Below, one piece after another: positions 1 through 9,497 of a DNA stretch of 64,000 bases (the first letter of the stretch is position 1; every line of letters begins with the position of its first letter). This DNA comes from Escherichia phage ES12. A program made the position numbers and the translations under genes. The stretch lies in the sequence record MN508614.1, one strand, 5' to 3'. The notes under the pieces were generated by a model that saw nothing but the letters and a program-made list of their open reading frames with translations, made no database searches and had not been told where the DNA came from.

Positions 1-575
1 TTTCCTTGAAGAGCTTGCAGTACAGCTTTCTTGACAGAAGAAACACTATGAGGAAGAATGTAAGTTGCATAACCAGTTGCAATACCGGAAACGCCATTAA
101 GAAGAACAGTAGGAATAATAGGCAAATAGAAAGCAGGCGGAATGTGTTCTTTATCTTGATGTACCGGAGCATATTCAGTATCTTTATATACGTTATAGAA
201 ATTTTTACTTACACGAGCAAAAATATAACGACTTGCTGCTGCCTTTTGGACAGTACGAGAACCAAAGTTTCCTTGACCGTCTAACAGAGGAAAGTTATTA
301 TTCCAAGTGTTAGCCATCAAAGCACCTGCGTCTTGCGCAGAGTTTTCACCATGATGATATCCAAGGTCCGCTACACCGCCTGCGATAGAAGCGAGTTTGT
401 GAAACTTATCTTTATTTCCTCGTGCCAAATCAAGAGCTCGAGCAATAACAAATCGTTGAACTGGCTTAAATCCGTCAATCATATTTGGGATAGCACGATT
501 TTCAACCGTGTACATAGCATAAGCCAATGCTTCATTATCAATGATACTTTTTAAATCACGATTATTCAGTTGCAT
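1..575 (-). CDS. 52: DNA topoisomerase II medium subunit gp52, 5' part (gene runs off window start)
   Basis: Hand translation from ATG at ~573-575: MQLNNRDLKSIIDNEALAYAMYTVENRAIPNMIDGFKPVQRF..., GyrA-like N-terminus; open to position 1; not in ORF track (no stop in window); T4 synteny. Confidence 0.8.
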   Translation of the reverse strand, partial: MQLNNRDLKSIIDNEALAYAMYTVENRAIPNMIDGFKPVQRFVIARALDLARGNKDKFHKLASIAGGVADLGYHHGENSAQDAGALMANTWNNNFPLLDGQGNFGSRTVQKAAASRYIFARVSKNFYNVYKDTEYAPVHQDKEHIPPAFYLPIIPTVLLNGVSGIATGYATYILPHSVSSVKKAVLQALQG

Positions 576-579
576 AAAT

Positions 580-720
580 TTACCATACTAGTGAATGTAG
601 TGCCATAATAACATCAGAAATGAAAAGCACGACTTGAATTAATCCGAACATTATTCCGTAATATAATGCTATCAATAAAATAGCAAGGGCTAATGAATAG
701 CCCAAGATTTTCTTAATCAT
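580..720 (-). CDS. small hydrophobic membrane peptide (~46 aa), ac/stp-region ORF
   Basis: Hand translation MIKKILGYSLALAILLIALYYGIMFGLIQVVLFISDVIMALHSLVW; start overlaps stop of upstream peptide ORF. Confidence 0.35.
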   Translation of the reverse strand: MIKKILGYSLALAILLIALYYGIMFGLIQVVLFISDVIMALHSLVW

Positions 721-871
721 TAGTAGATAACAACACAAATGTTAAATATGCACACATACCCTGAGCTAAAGCTTGCGAAAACACACTGCTGGCATCAATA
801 CAGATAGTTAAAACACATGCTACTATCCAACAAATAAATGAAATAACTCCTAATAATTTTGCAATATTCAT
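716..871 (-). CDS. small hydrophobic membrane peptide (~51 aa)
   Basis: Hand translation MNIAKLLGVISFICWIVACVLTICIDASSVFSQ...; GAGGAAA RBS upstream; below ORF-track size cutoff. Confidence 0.35.
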
Positions 872-883
872 ATTTTCCTCACT

Positions 884-899
884 GGCGTCCGAAGACGCC
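884..899 (-). terminator. GC hairpin ggcgtc-cgaa-gacgcc (UUCG loop in minus-strand RNA), terminator or stability element
   Basis: Perfect 6-bp inverted repeat with 4-nt loop between ndd and downstream peptide ORF; T-run follows on plus strand only. Confidence 0.3.
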
Positions 900-958
900 T
901 TTAGTTTTAAGATTATTACGATAGAACTGCATCACGTGTTCGTTGTGGAAATTACTCA

Positions 959-1417
959 TTAATATGCCTGCAAAACGAATTTAAAGTTATCAGCCAACAT
1001 ACGGTTCATTTCTTCAAGTGTTTGATACTCGGAATGATGATTACGGGTAAACGCCAAAGCTAACTGACCTTTACCAAATCCTGTCGTCAGAGGTTTCATC
1101 TTAGAAGCAGGCAGATAAAATACTGTGTATACCATATTGTTATTTGCAATAGTACGTGCAAGCTGAGACCGACGTTGACGAATATGACTTAGAACTGCAC
1201 TGAATCCTTGCTTAGAACGCTGATTACCTACATAAAATCGTGCAGACACACATGGATTACTAAATGGACGACCATCTAATTTACTTACTAAAAAGTAAAA
1301 TCCAGGTTTAGATAAAATATCTTTATGCGGAGTTCCTAAAAACCACTCACCACCCTTGATTGTACCAATAACAGTAGCGCCTGCGTTGTTCAGATCAGTA
1401 ACAGTCATGTATTTCAT
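959..1417 (-). CDS. ndd: nucleoid disruption protein Ndd (~152 aa from internal ATG)
   Basis: ORF 959..1471 trimmed to ATG at 1417 preceded by GAGGAAA RBS; size and position match T4 ndd. Confidence 0.6.
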
Positions 1418-1449
1418 ATTAATTTCCTCTAAATTATTTTCTACTCCAA

Positions 1450-1469
1450 GGCCGCATGAATACGCGGCC
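1450..1469 (-). terminator. hairpin ggccgc-N8-gcggcc between upstream ORF and ndd
   Basis: 6-bp GC inverted repeat with 8-nt loop in the 1472-1418 intergenic gap. Confidence 0.3.
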
Positions 1470-1475
1470 ATTAAA

Positions 1476-1691
1476 TTAATCGTCGCAGTCGACGCTCAAT
1501 TCCCAAAACTCTTCTACAGTATAAGTTTCAGTATCATTTTCAATACAGAAACGTTCATTACTGTTATTTGCTAAAGTAGCATTAACTGTCGGTTTCTCGC
1601 TAGTGCTCTTAAGAGGTGAAATACGAATTAACTGATCACCGTTATCTAAACAGAAAATTTCACCAACTTTTACATCTTTAAAACTTTTCAT
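1476..1691 (-). CDS. hypothetical protein (71 aa)
   Basis: ORF track; compact operon context. Confidence 0.5.
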
Positions 1692-1806
1692 AATTCACCT
1701 CAAGGAGTATAAAATCCAAACGCAGTTGTTGACCATCCCATCCAATATGGAAAATTTGCACCAATGTAAAACATAAGAATATAAAACCAACCGCTCAGCA
1801 AATTCA

Positions 1807-2004
1807 TCATTTTACACCATTCCAAATTGTTTCAACCACAGATTTTAAACCATTTTGATGAATATCAATTCCGACTACTGCCATCAAATAGATTCCAACT
1901 ACAACTGAACCTAAGGCAAAAATCAGCATGAAAATGAATAAAGCCGGAAAAATATTATCGAAAAACCATTCAATAAATGTAAAAGCACTGCGTTTACGCT
2001 TCAT
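1807..2004 (-). CDS. small membrane protein (start taken at MKRKRSAF)
   Basis: ORF 1807..2025; hydrophobic core; internal ATG avoids overlap with upstream peptide ORF. Confidence 0.4.
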   Translation of the reverse strand: MKRKRSAFTFIEWFFDNIFPALFIFMLIFALGSVVVGIYLMAVVGIDIHQNGLKSVVETIWNGVK

Positions 2005-2011
2005 ATTTTCC

Positions 2012-2125
2012 TCACATAAATCCAAAGTAAACGTTTAATACATCAATCATTAAAACGATTGGGAATATACTCAAAACTATTAGTATTATAACTACATTCC
2101 ATATAGCTTTAATAATCTTTTTCAT
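2012..2125 (-). CDS. small hydrophobic peptide (37 aa, MKKIIKAIWNVVIILIV...)
   Basis: ORF 2012..2260 trimmed to ATG at 2125 immediately after conserved promoter leader with GGAGGAA RBS. Confidence 0.4.
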   Translation of the reverse strand: MKKIIKAIWNVVIILIVLSIFPIVLMIDVLNVYFGFM

Positions 2126-2153
2126 TTTCTGTTCCTCCGTAGTTGATAGGGTA

Positions 2154-2183
2154 ATAGTACCACGGAAGAACAGTCTTGTAAAC
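2154..2183 (-). promoter_or_regulatory. T4-type early promoter (GTTTAC -35, 18-nt gap, TACTAT -10)
   Basis: plus-strand atagta at 2154-2159 and gtaaac at 2178-2183; conserved leader to ATG at 2125. Confidence 0.55.
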
Positions 2184-2368
2184 AACTTTTTTAAAAATAT
2201 TCGTAATAAATGTGAATACCAACTACTACCGCTGAAACCTGTGCAACCCACCACGCACAAGCAATAAGTACAGAATTCAAAATTTTCATAATAACCTCAT
2301 TACAAAAGTAAATGTTAAACAAATTACTGGAATACTAATTAACCAAACAAAACACCACCATAATGAAC

Positions 2369-2632
2369 TCATAGTTCAATCTCAACGATTTCCAAGTGTT
2401 TTTGTTTTATTGCCTTTTTAACACAATCATGGACTAAATATGACCATGAATCATTATATTCTCCATTAACTAATCGTTGGAGATCTTCACGTGATGATAA
2501 GTAAGGTTGATCTGATTCCCATTTTGATAAAAATACTGCAGTAAAAATATCTCCTTCATCTGTAGTTGAAGTCGTAAATGCAATAAATTCACCGGTAATT
2601 TTATGTTTAACGTAAAAGAACTTAAATTTCAT
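2369..2632 (-). CDS. hypothetical protein (87 aa)
   Basis: ORF track; ATG directly after conserved early-promoter leader. Confidence 0.5.
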   Translation of the reverse strand: MKFKFFYVKHKITGEFIAFTTSTTDEGDIFTAVFLSKWESDQPYLSSREDLQRLVNGEYNDSWSYLVHDCVKKAIKQKHLEIVEIEL

Positions 2633-2660
2633 TTTCTGTTCCTCCGTAGTTGATAGTTGT

Positions 2661-2690
2661 ATAGTACCACGGTCCTTGTGATATGTAAAC
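2661..2690 (-). promoter_or_regulatory. T4-type early promoter (GTTTACA -35, TACTAT -10)
   Basis: atagta 2661-2666, gtaaac 2685-2690, 18-nt gap; leader ...ctacggaggaacagaaaATG. Confidence 0.6.
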
Positions 2691-2707
2691 TGTTTTATGA
2701 AAATTTT

Positions 2708-3265
2708 TTAAATGGAAAGATACCATCCGCTGTAGTTGCTTTTTCTTACAACTTTACGAAGGTCTTCTCTGTCACCGATGAACTTCGGAGTGTACTGGAT
2801 GACACCTGGATGAATTTCTTTAGTGTTGAATATAATTATACAGTCGGCGACTTGATAATTTAGAATGGGCCCTAGATTTATTCCAGAACCATATGGATAC
2901 TCTCCGCTGCATCCTGTTGTTACAGAAATCCAACGTGAGTCAGTTTGATGTGTCTTAACTTCTACGCGAAGCCCACAGTATTTTGGATGTGCTAAAACAT
3001 CCCATGCATATGTGTACGGATCATCGACATCTTCTTGGCCTTTATTGACATATCCGCTTAGCCAATCTGCCACAAAAAACTCTGCGTACACAGCGATACG
3101 GCATCTTTCGATAACTTCTGCCTTATCCTGATTTGGGTTTTGTTTTAAAGAGTATCTTGCAGTATCAGCAATTTTGACCTTCATTTCACTAGTCAAGTCA
3201 CTGTTCGATAGGGTAAATGACGGAATCTGAAATAGTCTCTGCAAACCCGGATTCGTTTTCTGCAT
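2708..3265 (-). CDS. denB: endonuclease IV DenB-like protein (185 aa)
   Basis: Size identical to T4 DenB and position just downstream of rIIB; no motif verified. Confidence 0.5.
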   Translation of the reverse strand: MQKTNPGLQRLFQIPSFTLSNSDLTSEMKVKIADTARYSLKQNPNQDKAEVIERCRIAVYAEFFVADWLSGYVNKGQEDVDDPYTYAWDVLAHPKYCGLRVEVKTHQTDSRWISVTTGCSGEYPYGSGINLGPILNYQVADCIIIFNTKEIHPGVIQYTPKFIGDREDLRKVVRKSNYSGWYLSI

Positions 3266-3331
3266 TTAAACTTTCCTTTTATGTCTGAATCACTGGTATT
3301 CATATAATAAATCATAATTTCTCTTAAAACA

Positions 3332-3349
3332 AAAGGGCCGAAGCCCTTA
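3332..3349 (-). terminator. intrinsic terminator hairpin gggc-cgaa-gccc (UUCG tetraloop in RNA)
   Basis: aaaagggccgaagcccttatttt; A-run before and T-run after on plus strand, so possibly bidirectional. Confidence 0.55.
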
Positions 3350-3351
3350 TT

Positions 3352-3546
3352 TTATTTGAATTGTGCAATTCTTTTCTCTAGACATTCAGCATAAGATTTC
3401 ATTGAGATGAACTGTGAAAGTAGCAGTTCTTGCTCAACTGCACTAACTGTTAGAAACTTTGCGCTTTCTAAAAATTTGCTCAGTGCATTAATTTTGAGCA
3501 TTAATTGATCGTATTCTTCTTTTACTCGTGCTTGATAACCTAACAT
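3352..3546 (-). CDS. hypothetical protein (64 aa)
   Basis: ORF track; lies between rIIB and denB. Confidence 0.45.
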   Translation of the reverse strand: MLGYQARVKEEYDQLMLKINALSKFLESAKFLTVSAVEQELLLSQFISMKSYAECLEKRIAQFK

Positions 3547-3560
3547 AATTTTCCTTAGTT

Positions 3561-3576
3561 AAGGGCCGAAGCCCTT
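3561..3576 (-). terminator. hairpin aagggccgaagccctt overlapping rIIB stop codon
   Basis: GC stem with cgaa loop directly after rIIB. Confidence 0.5.
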
Positions 3577-4513
3577 ATTTAAATTGTTCAGTAACGTCTT
3601 CAACTACTTCGTATTGGCAGGTACGCATTTTAGCATCGTTGTAATCAATCGGAATTGATACTACATCGCGAGGATGAACCTTAACTTTTACAACTCGGCT
3701 GGTTGAACTGCCAAAGTGACGAATATAAGATTTAGAACACACATGCAGACCACGAGAACAAGTTTGTGTATCATCGTCATTCACACGAGTACGTGGCATT
3801 TTAACTACTTTACCCGGACTGTTATCAAAGGTGTTTGAGTGACAGTCAAAGTAATTGCTGCGAACTACTTTCCAAGCATAGAAGTAGCCATCTTCTGTAA
3901 TTTCAATATCATTTGCTACCAAGAAATCAAAGAGTCGAGATACCGCTTTTTGGCTTGGGTTTTCCAGCAGATTTTCCAAGAACGGAAAATAAAATTCAAA
4001 GTTTTCACCTTTTTCCATCGAGTCGAGAATACGATCAACCAAACCAGATCGCAATTCAATATTTTGATAGAACAAGCTTCCACCTTCAATTCGAACATCA
4101 CCGGAAATATATTTTTCAACAGCGCGACGAACATTAATTTTTTGTGCCGCTTCTTCCAACTTATCCGCTACAAGCAGATTAAGAATTTCCTGGAAGTTTG
4201 AATGAGTATTAGGAGTTGCGTTATAAGTTACACCATCAACAGTAATTGAAATGAATTTTTTAGATGCATTCCAAATAATGTCAGATTTAGCAACTGGAGC
4301 AATAACTGCATCGCTATTAACTTTAACTGTAATATCACCACTAATAGTAACTTTAGGGCGTTTAGCTTCTTCAGCATTTTTCAAAACACGACGGATTGTG
4401 TCAACCGATACATCCTTCCAATAAGCTAATTCCTGCTGAGTGTAATTACCACTTGAATACAGTTTAACAATTTCAGCTTGTTCGTTTTTGGTCAGGCATT
4501 TAATATTGTACAT
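3575..4513 (-). CDS. rIIB: rIIB membrane-associated protein (312 aa)
   Basis: 312 aa exactly as T4 rIIB; directly downstream of rIIA. Confidence 0.85.
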   Translation of the reverse strand: MYNIKCLTKNEQAEIVKLYSSGNYTQQELAYWKDVSVDTIRRVLKNAEEAKRPKVTISGDITVKVNSDAVIAPVAKSDIIWNASKKFISITVDGVTYNATPNTHSNFQEILNLLVADKLEEAAQKINVRRAVEKYISGDVRIEGGSLFYQNIELRSGLVDRILDSMEKGENFEFYFPFLENLLENPSQKAVSRLFDFLVANDIEITEDGYFYAWKVVRSNYFDCHSNTFDNSPGKVVKMPRTRVNDDDTQTCSRGLHVCSKSYIRHFGSSTSRVVKVKVHPRDVVSIPIDYNDAKMRTCQYEVVEDVTEQFK

Positions 4514-4524
4514 AATTTTCCTTA

Positions 4525-6702
4525 TTAGGCCGCAAGGGCCTTCATAGTTTTAGCGATTTGAGAAACTTCATCATCACTTAAAGAGTTGCGATATCCGATG
4601 AAGTCGGAAACAATACGGAATTTCTTGGTAAACTCAGCAACCATTTTATCACTGTTTTTTGAAGCATTATGTGATAATTCATCAAAAAGATTAGTTACTG
4701 TCCAGATGTCATGACCGATGGTATCTTTTCCACCATTAAAATATACACCCTGTAATGAACTAACCATATTAGCGAGTCGTGTATATTCTTCAGAAACTTC
4801 ATCTACACTGAAGTACTTCATCATAAAATCTAACTCAGGATACTTGATAATTTTATCAATATATCGTTTAGCTGAACTTGAATAACCTACATACTTATCA
4901 TAATCTACATCATCAAAAGCATCTACATATAAATCACGCAAAGCTTCAAAAATACATTGGCACTGACCGAGTTCTTTTACCTTTTTCTGTAAAAGCGGAC
5001 GAATAACATAAAATTCATTAATGCCAATAAGATTAGCCATACGAATCAAAATATTCATAGATGGATGACAAAGCGATGTAGTACCATCCATAGAGAAAAT
5101 ATCAGAACGATGCATATACGCTACATAACCAGTAATTTCATCTGCTTCTGATGTGAGCGTAAATAATTCCTCTTTTTCCCAGCGTCCGTCTTTAATTTCA
5201 AACTTAAATGCTGTAGCAGCTTTAGGACGAGGAGCTTTACTTTTAACTACCTTTGGAATATAGCTTTTAACTAAAGCTTCAATTTCTGACAAATAATGAA
5301 TGTTAACTTCATCACTTTCAAACATCGCCATAATATCAGGAAGTAAATCAATCTGTGATTCTACTTCTGGGTTAATAAACAGAAGGCGTTCGTTATGATG
5401 AATATTCAAAGTGTTATTAAATTCACTATCATCTAACGCACGTGCTAATCCACGGACAATATTAACACGATTTTTAATATTATCAATAACGATATTAATT
5501 TTTGTTGCATTAATACCAAACAGACGATAACTTGATGCAACGGCCGAAGTTTCATGGCTTTGTTTAATTCGTTTCAGTCGAGGGTCAAGATTTACTTCAT
5601 ACACAACCCCCGCGTTGCATAACTTACTATCAGGTTCAAACATGCTTTGCATCTTTTTATATGACAGATTTTTAGTCGTAAATTTGACTGAATTACTAAT
5701 CATATAATCTCGAGCAGAATACCCCATCTTCATCAATTCACGATATGTGTGACGAGGAGATGTAGATTCTTTAAATCGTTTTACATCTTCATTAAATGCT
5801 TTCTCACTGAGTTCTTTAACTCGTTCAATGATATTTTTACGAGTGCGATCATCTAGTGAAAGAGCCTCGCGAGATGGAGCAATATCAAGTGAACCCATTG
5901 GAAATTTAATGTAATTCACTTCATTGCGAATGCTTAGCCAGTTACGGTCTCTAATAACACCATCGATAGGATAAACAATACCGCCATAGATAGCATATAA
6001 TCCACCACGATCTGGCCAGTATCTTTCTGGATTTACACCGTAATAGTCATCAAAATCCGGAAAATAATCAATTTCGCGGTCAAGACCATTAATGATAGCC
6101 AAATCTTTGAATGGTCGCATGATATAAGAAACTTCATAAGCAAAGTTTCTAAAGTCTTTTTCTTCAACTGGAACTACGATTTCAATACCAGTTTTATCAT
6201 TTGGACCCATTTCTTTTACGAATGTAGGTTTAATCTGTGGACCATCACCATCCATGTAAGCTACATAACCACGAATTTCACCTTTATGATACGAAGTAAT
6301 ACTAAACGTATCAGTATAACTAAACGGAGATTTAGAACCTAAACCAAATCCGCCAATGAAATCGTTAGATTCAGCCTTAGATGAACTGAAGTATGAATTA
6401 TACAGACCAGGAGAATTATCATCACCTTGAATATCAAAATCACTCATACCCGGACCAAAATCTCGACAAACAAATCGTGGGTCTAAACGTCCTGGAACTT
6501 GTATGATAAATTTTTCAGGATTTCCATTGAGAGCATGGGCATCAATCATGTTAGTAATCAATTCACGGACTACTGCGCGAATCTTGTTTGTATACAAATC
6601 AGATGATAGAATTTTAAATACTTTAGGAGATGCTGTGATGCTAAATGCTTTTGATTTAGAACCATTGCCAAGAATTGTTTCTTTTTCAGTGGTGATAATC
6701 AT
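4525..6702 (-). CDS. rIIA: rIIA protein (725 aa)
   Basis: 725 aa as T4 rIIA; between gene 39 and rIIB. Confidence 0.9.
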   Translation of the reverse strand: MIITTEKETILGNGSKSKAFSITASPKVFKILSSDLYTNKIRAVVRELITNMIDAHALNGNPEKFIIQVPGRLDPRFVCRDFGPGMSDFDIQGDDNSPGLYNSYFSSSKAESNDFIGGFGLGSKSPFSYTDTFSITSYHKGEIRGYVAYMDGDGPQIKPTFVKEMGPNDKTGIEIVVPVEEKDFRNFAYEVSYIMRPFKDLAIINGLDREIDYFPDFDDYYGVNPERYWPDRGGLYAIYGGIVYPIDGVIRDRNWLSIRNEVNYIKFPMGSLDIAPSREALSLDDRTRKNIIERVKELSEKAFNEDVKRFKESTSPRHTYRELMKMGYSARDYMISNSVKFTTKNLSYKKMQSMFEPDSKLCNAGVVYEVNLDPRLKRIKQSHETSAVASSYRLFGINATKINIVIDNIKNRVNIVRGLARALDDSEFNNTLNIHHNERLLFINPEVESQIDLLPDIMAMFESDEVNIHYLSEIEALVKSYIPKVVKSKAPRPKAATAFKFEIKDGRWEKEELFTLTSEADEITGYVAYMHRSDIFSMDGTTSLCHPSMNILIRMANLIGINEFYVIRPLLQKKVKELGQCQCIFEALRDLYVDAFDDVDYDKYVGYSSSAKRYIDKIIKYPELDFMMKYFSVDEVSEEYTRLANMVSSLQGVYFNGGKDTIGHDIWTVTNLFDELSHNASKNSDKMVAEFTKKFRIVSDFIGYRNSLSDDEVSQIAKTMKALAA

Positions 6703-6712
6703 AATTTCCTCA

Positions 6713-6916
6713 TTAATTCATATTACGTTTAATAACTTCGGCAACTTCTAGTAGTTCATCTTTAGTTGCGGTGTCGGATTGAATTTTATCTCTAATATCC
6801 TTAAAGCGGTTTTTAAATTCTTCGGCTTCTCCCATATCGAAAAAGCGTTGAATGATTCTATATTCTCGATGAACTGCTTTATCAAAAAGTTCTAAATTTA
6901 CTTTATATGATTTCAT
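6713..6916 (-). CDS. hypothetical protein, rIIA.1 position (67 aa)
   Basis: ORF track; GAGGA RBS; own early promoter upstream. Confidence 0.5.
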   Translation of the reverse strand: MKSYKVNLELFDKAVHREYRIIQRFFDMGEAEEFKNRFKDIRDKIQSDTATKDELLEVAEVIKRNMN

Positions 6917-6941
6917 TTCAATATCCTCATTTGCCCAATTA

Positions 6942-6971
6942 ATTATACCACATCCTTGTGGTAAAGTAAAC
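6942..6971 (-). promoter_or_regulatory. T4-type early promoter (GTTTAC, 18-nt gap, TATAAT) with CCACAAGGATGTGG hairpin in spacer
   Basis: attata 6942-6947, gtaaac 6966-6971; block identical to 51156-51185. Confidence 0.55.
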
Positions 6972-8788
6972 TACTGGCTCATCCATTCTTTACGAAGGTC
7001 AGCATTATCTCCCATGAGCATTTCAAAAAGCTCTTTCCAATTCTCAGGAAGTTTAACAACATCATATACTGGGTTTTGAATCATCTCACGATATTCAGAT
7101 TTTTCCAAAGAGCCAAGTCCCTTAATATAACGGATGCTATGTTTAGGTAGAGCATCTTTAGCACTCTCATATTCAGCGACTGTATAAAACCATTCTTGTT
7201 TTTTACCGACCTGAGCGATGATTACAGGAGTTTTGACGAAGCGAATTCTTCCTTGTTCAAACAGTTCTGGCCAATTACTAAAAAATCCGAGCAGAGAAGG
7301 ATAAATGCTTCCTAGACCATCATGGTCAGCATCAGTCATAATAGCGATATTATGATAATTCAAGTTTTCAGCTTTTTCACCGAGAACTAATCCAGTGATT
7401 GCGCAAATATCAAACAGTTCTTTGTTTTTAAGCATGTCAGCATATGACATACCCCAACTGTTGAGAACTTTACCACGTAATGGATAACCACCGTGAAGTT
7501 CTTTATCACGAACATCAATAAGATATCCGATAGCCGAATCACCCTCAGTCAAGAAAAGAGTAGTATCAGCATCTTTACCACAAAGATTCGCTTTAATATG
7601 TTTATGAACCTTAGCTTTAGAAGCCTTTTTAGCTGCTTTAGTTTCTGCTGCTTTTTCTGCCGCTAATTTACGAGCCAAAGCAGCTTCAATAATCGGCATT
7701 AGAATTGCTTCATTATTTAGAATAGCACGTGAAATCTTTTTAGCATCAAGTTGAATATGACTACGGATTTCGCCAAATGGAGAAGTCAAACGCTCTTTAG
7801 TTTGAGAATCAAATCGCATGTTTTTCATATCACGGACAAACATAACGATAGTCAAACATTCTTTAACGCGTGCTTTAGTCACATCAATTTTGAACTTACG
7901 TTTGATTTGTGGAATAAGGTCTTCACAAATATCATCCATAACACAGTCAATGTGATGGCCACCATTCTTAGTGTGAATGTTATTCACATAAGTTAATTGA
8001 CGAAAACCATCCGGTGAACGACCAACCGCAATAGAGCAATTTTCTTGTTCTTGAACAATAGCATGCTCATCATATTGGCGTGCATATTTCTTAAAATTGC
8101 CCTGAACCTTTTTACCATTAAAGGTAAATTGAATATCAGGATAAACTACTGCAAGTGTCTGGAGACGATCTAGTGTAATGTCAAGATAAACTTGGGACAG
8201 CTCATTAGTTTCAAATGACATAAAATCAGGAATGAAAGTAACACGAGTTCCTTTCCATTTTCCAGGAATAGTTTCCCATGATTTATTTTCCATGCCATTT
8301 GAACAACGAACTACAATATTATTTTGACCATCACCAGTTTCACCAACAAACATCACAGAAAAAATGTTTGTCAAACTAGAACCAACACCATTCATACCGC
8401 CAGTGACACGTTCTTTATCATCGCCAAAGTTACCACCTGCTTTTGGAATAGTCCATGCAGCAACAGGACCAGGAATTTCTTCACCGGTAGGTGTTTTAAC
8501 CATCGCCTGCGGAATACCACGACCGTTATCTTCAACTGTTACTTGATTGTTTTTAATAGTAACATTAATTTTATTTGCGAATTTAAACTTAGTACGAATA
8601 CCTTCATCTACTGAGTTATCGATAATTTCATCAATAAGCTTAACAAGACCAGGTACATACTGAACACTTTCCCATTTACCAAACAGAAAGCGCTCATGCA
8701 TTTCATTAGCAGAAGAGCCAATATACATGCCGCTACGCTTTTTGATATGTTCAATATCGCTCAGAATTTTAATTTCATTCTTAATCAT
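6971..8788 (-). CDS. 39: DNA topoisomerase II large subunit, uninterrupted gp39+gp60 equivalent (605 aa)
   Basis: GyrB-like ATPase N-terminus (GMYIGS, IDEIIDNSVDE); 605 aa single ORF; ATG at 8788 after GAGGA RBS (track start 8791 is an upstream GTG). Confidence 0.9.
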   Translation of the reverse strand: MIKNEIKILSDIEHIKKRSGMYIGSSANEMHERFLFGKWESVQYVPGLVKLIDEIIDNSVDEGIRTKFKFANKINVTIKNNQVTVEDNGRGIPQAMVKTPTGEEIPGPVAAWTIPKAGGNFGDDKERVTGGMNGVGSSLTNIFSVMFVGETGDGQNNIVVRCSNGMENKSWETIPGKWKGTRVTFIPDFMSFETNELSQVYLDITLDRLQTLAVVYPDIQFTFNGKKVQGNFKKYARQYDEHAIVQEQENCSIAVGRSPDGFRQLTYVNNIHTKNGGHHIDCVMDDICEDLIPQIKRKFKIDVTKARVKECLTIVMFVRDMKNMRFDSQTKERLTSPFGEIRSHIQLDAKKISRAILNNEAILMPIIEAALARKLAAEKAAETKAAKKASKAKVHKHIKANLCGKDADTTLFLTEGDSAIGYLIDVRDKELHGGYPLRGKVLNSWGMSYADMLKNKELFDICAITGLVLGEKAENLNYHNIAIMTDADHDGLGSIYPSLLGFFSNWPELFEQGRIRFVKTPVIIAQVGKKQEWFYTVAEYESAKDALPKHSIRYIKGLGSLEKSEYREMIQNPVYDVVKLPENWKELFEMLMGDNADLRKEWMSQ

Positions 8789-8815
8789 CACTTATCCTCG
8801 TTTGGTTTCGGGAAT

Positions 8816-8841
8816 ATTATACTCCGGTAATCATAAAGCTA
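8816..8841 (-). promoter_or_regulatory. candidate middle-type promoter (variant MotA box TAGCTTTAT, 11-nt gap, TATAAT)
   Basis: attata 8816-8821; ataaagcta 8833-8841 abutting the terminator hairpin; same module recurs at 38750-38775. Confidence 0.35.
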
Positions 8842-8858
8842 AAGGCCCGAAGGCCTTT
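8841..8858 (-). terminator. intrinsic terminator hairpin aaaggcc-cgaa-ggccttt
   Basis: GC stem with UUCG-type loop, A/T runs on both sides; overlaps stop of 8858..9127. Confidence 0.55.
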
Positions 8859-9127
8859 TATTTAAAACGGATAGTCGAATCTTTGAAGAATAGACCAGAA
8901 CATACTGTTCCTTCTACTTTCTGCCCGGTAGGTCCAATAGCACGAAATCCAGTATGCTGGAAATCATTTTCAGAGCAACCGAACCAATTATATCCAGTGA
9001 TTTCAATATTAGTAAAACCGCTTGATGACAAAATTTTGGTTGCATTATCAGTATCAGTACATCCTGCTAAAGACACTGCTAATACTAATGCTGCGATAGA
9101 ACGATTAATATATTTCATAATTTTCAC
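8858..9127 (-). CDS. putative lipoprotein (89 aa)
   Basis: N-terminal signal peptide with LAGC lipobox. Confidence 0.5.
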   Translation of the reverse strand: MKIMKYINRSIAALVLAVSLAGCTDTDNATKILSSSGFTNIEITGYNWFGCSENDFQHTGFRAIGPTGQKVEGTVCSGLFFKDSTIRFK

Positions 9128-9495
9128 TCAAATTTAATGGCTTGAAGGAGACTAATAACTCTCAAGCGACTTCTTTCATCTTTAACTGTAAAAGAAAGAG
9201 GGTCACCAGATTTCATAGTAATAGTACATTCAAAATCAAAATCTTCGGAAACTTCTTTGAAGAAGTCAAATTCTTCATCATAAATTAGAACATTACTCTG
9301 ACAACTATGAAGAATTTTTCCATCATTTCCAGATGCTGTACTAATCATTGTAACATTATGACCTTTCATATCTTCAACGATAAATTCACTAGTCAATATT
9401 ACAGCATTAATAGAACTATTCCTATTACTAGCAGAAAGTAGATATTTCTGTTCTTCACCTTCACGAATGCGATATTTCTTACCGATTTTAAACAT
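9124..9495 (-). CDS. hypothetical protein (123 aa)
   Basis: ORF track; operon context. Confidence 0.5.
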   Translation of the reverse strand: MFKIGKKYRIREGEEQKYLLSASNRNSSINAVILTSEFIVEDMKGHNVTMISTASGNDGKILHSCQSNVLIYDEEFDFFKEVSEDFDFECTITMKSGDPLSFTVKDERSRLRVISLLQAIKFE

Positions 9496-9497
9496 AA

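Noticed and set aside
6-554. Plus-strand ORFs 6..284 and 333..554 at the window start
   Set aside because: The minus strand here encodes the recognisable gene 52 N-terminus; the plus ORFs are antisense artefacts.
3839-4201. Plus-strand ORFs overlapping minus-strand genes (e.g. 3839..4201, 3913..4137, 7751..7996, 8324..8614, 14209..14433, 36505..36888)
   Set aside because: They lie inside well-supported minus-strand genes (rIIB, 39, dda, 46), have no RBS and low-complexity composition; antisense frame artefacts.
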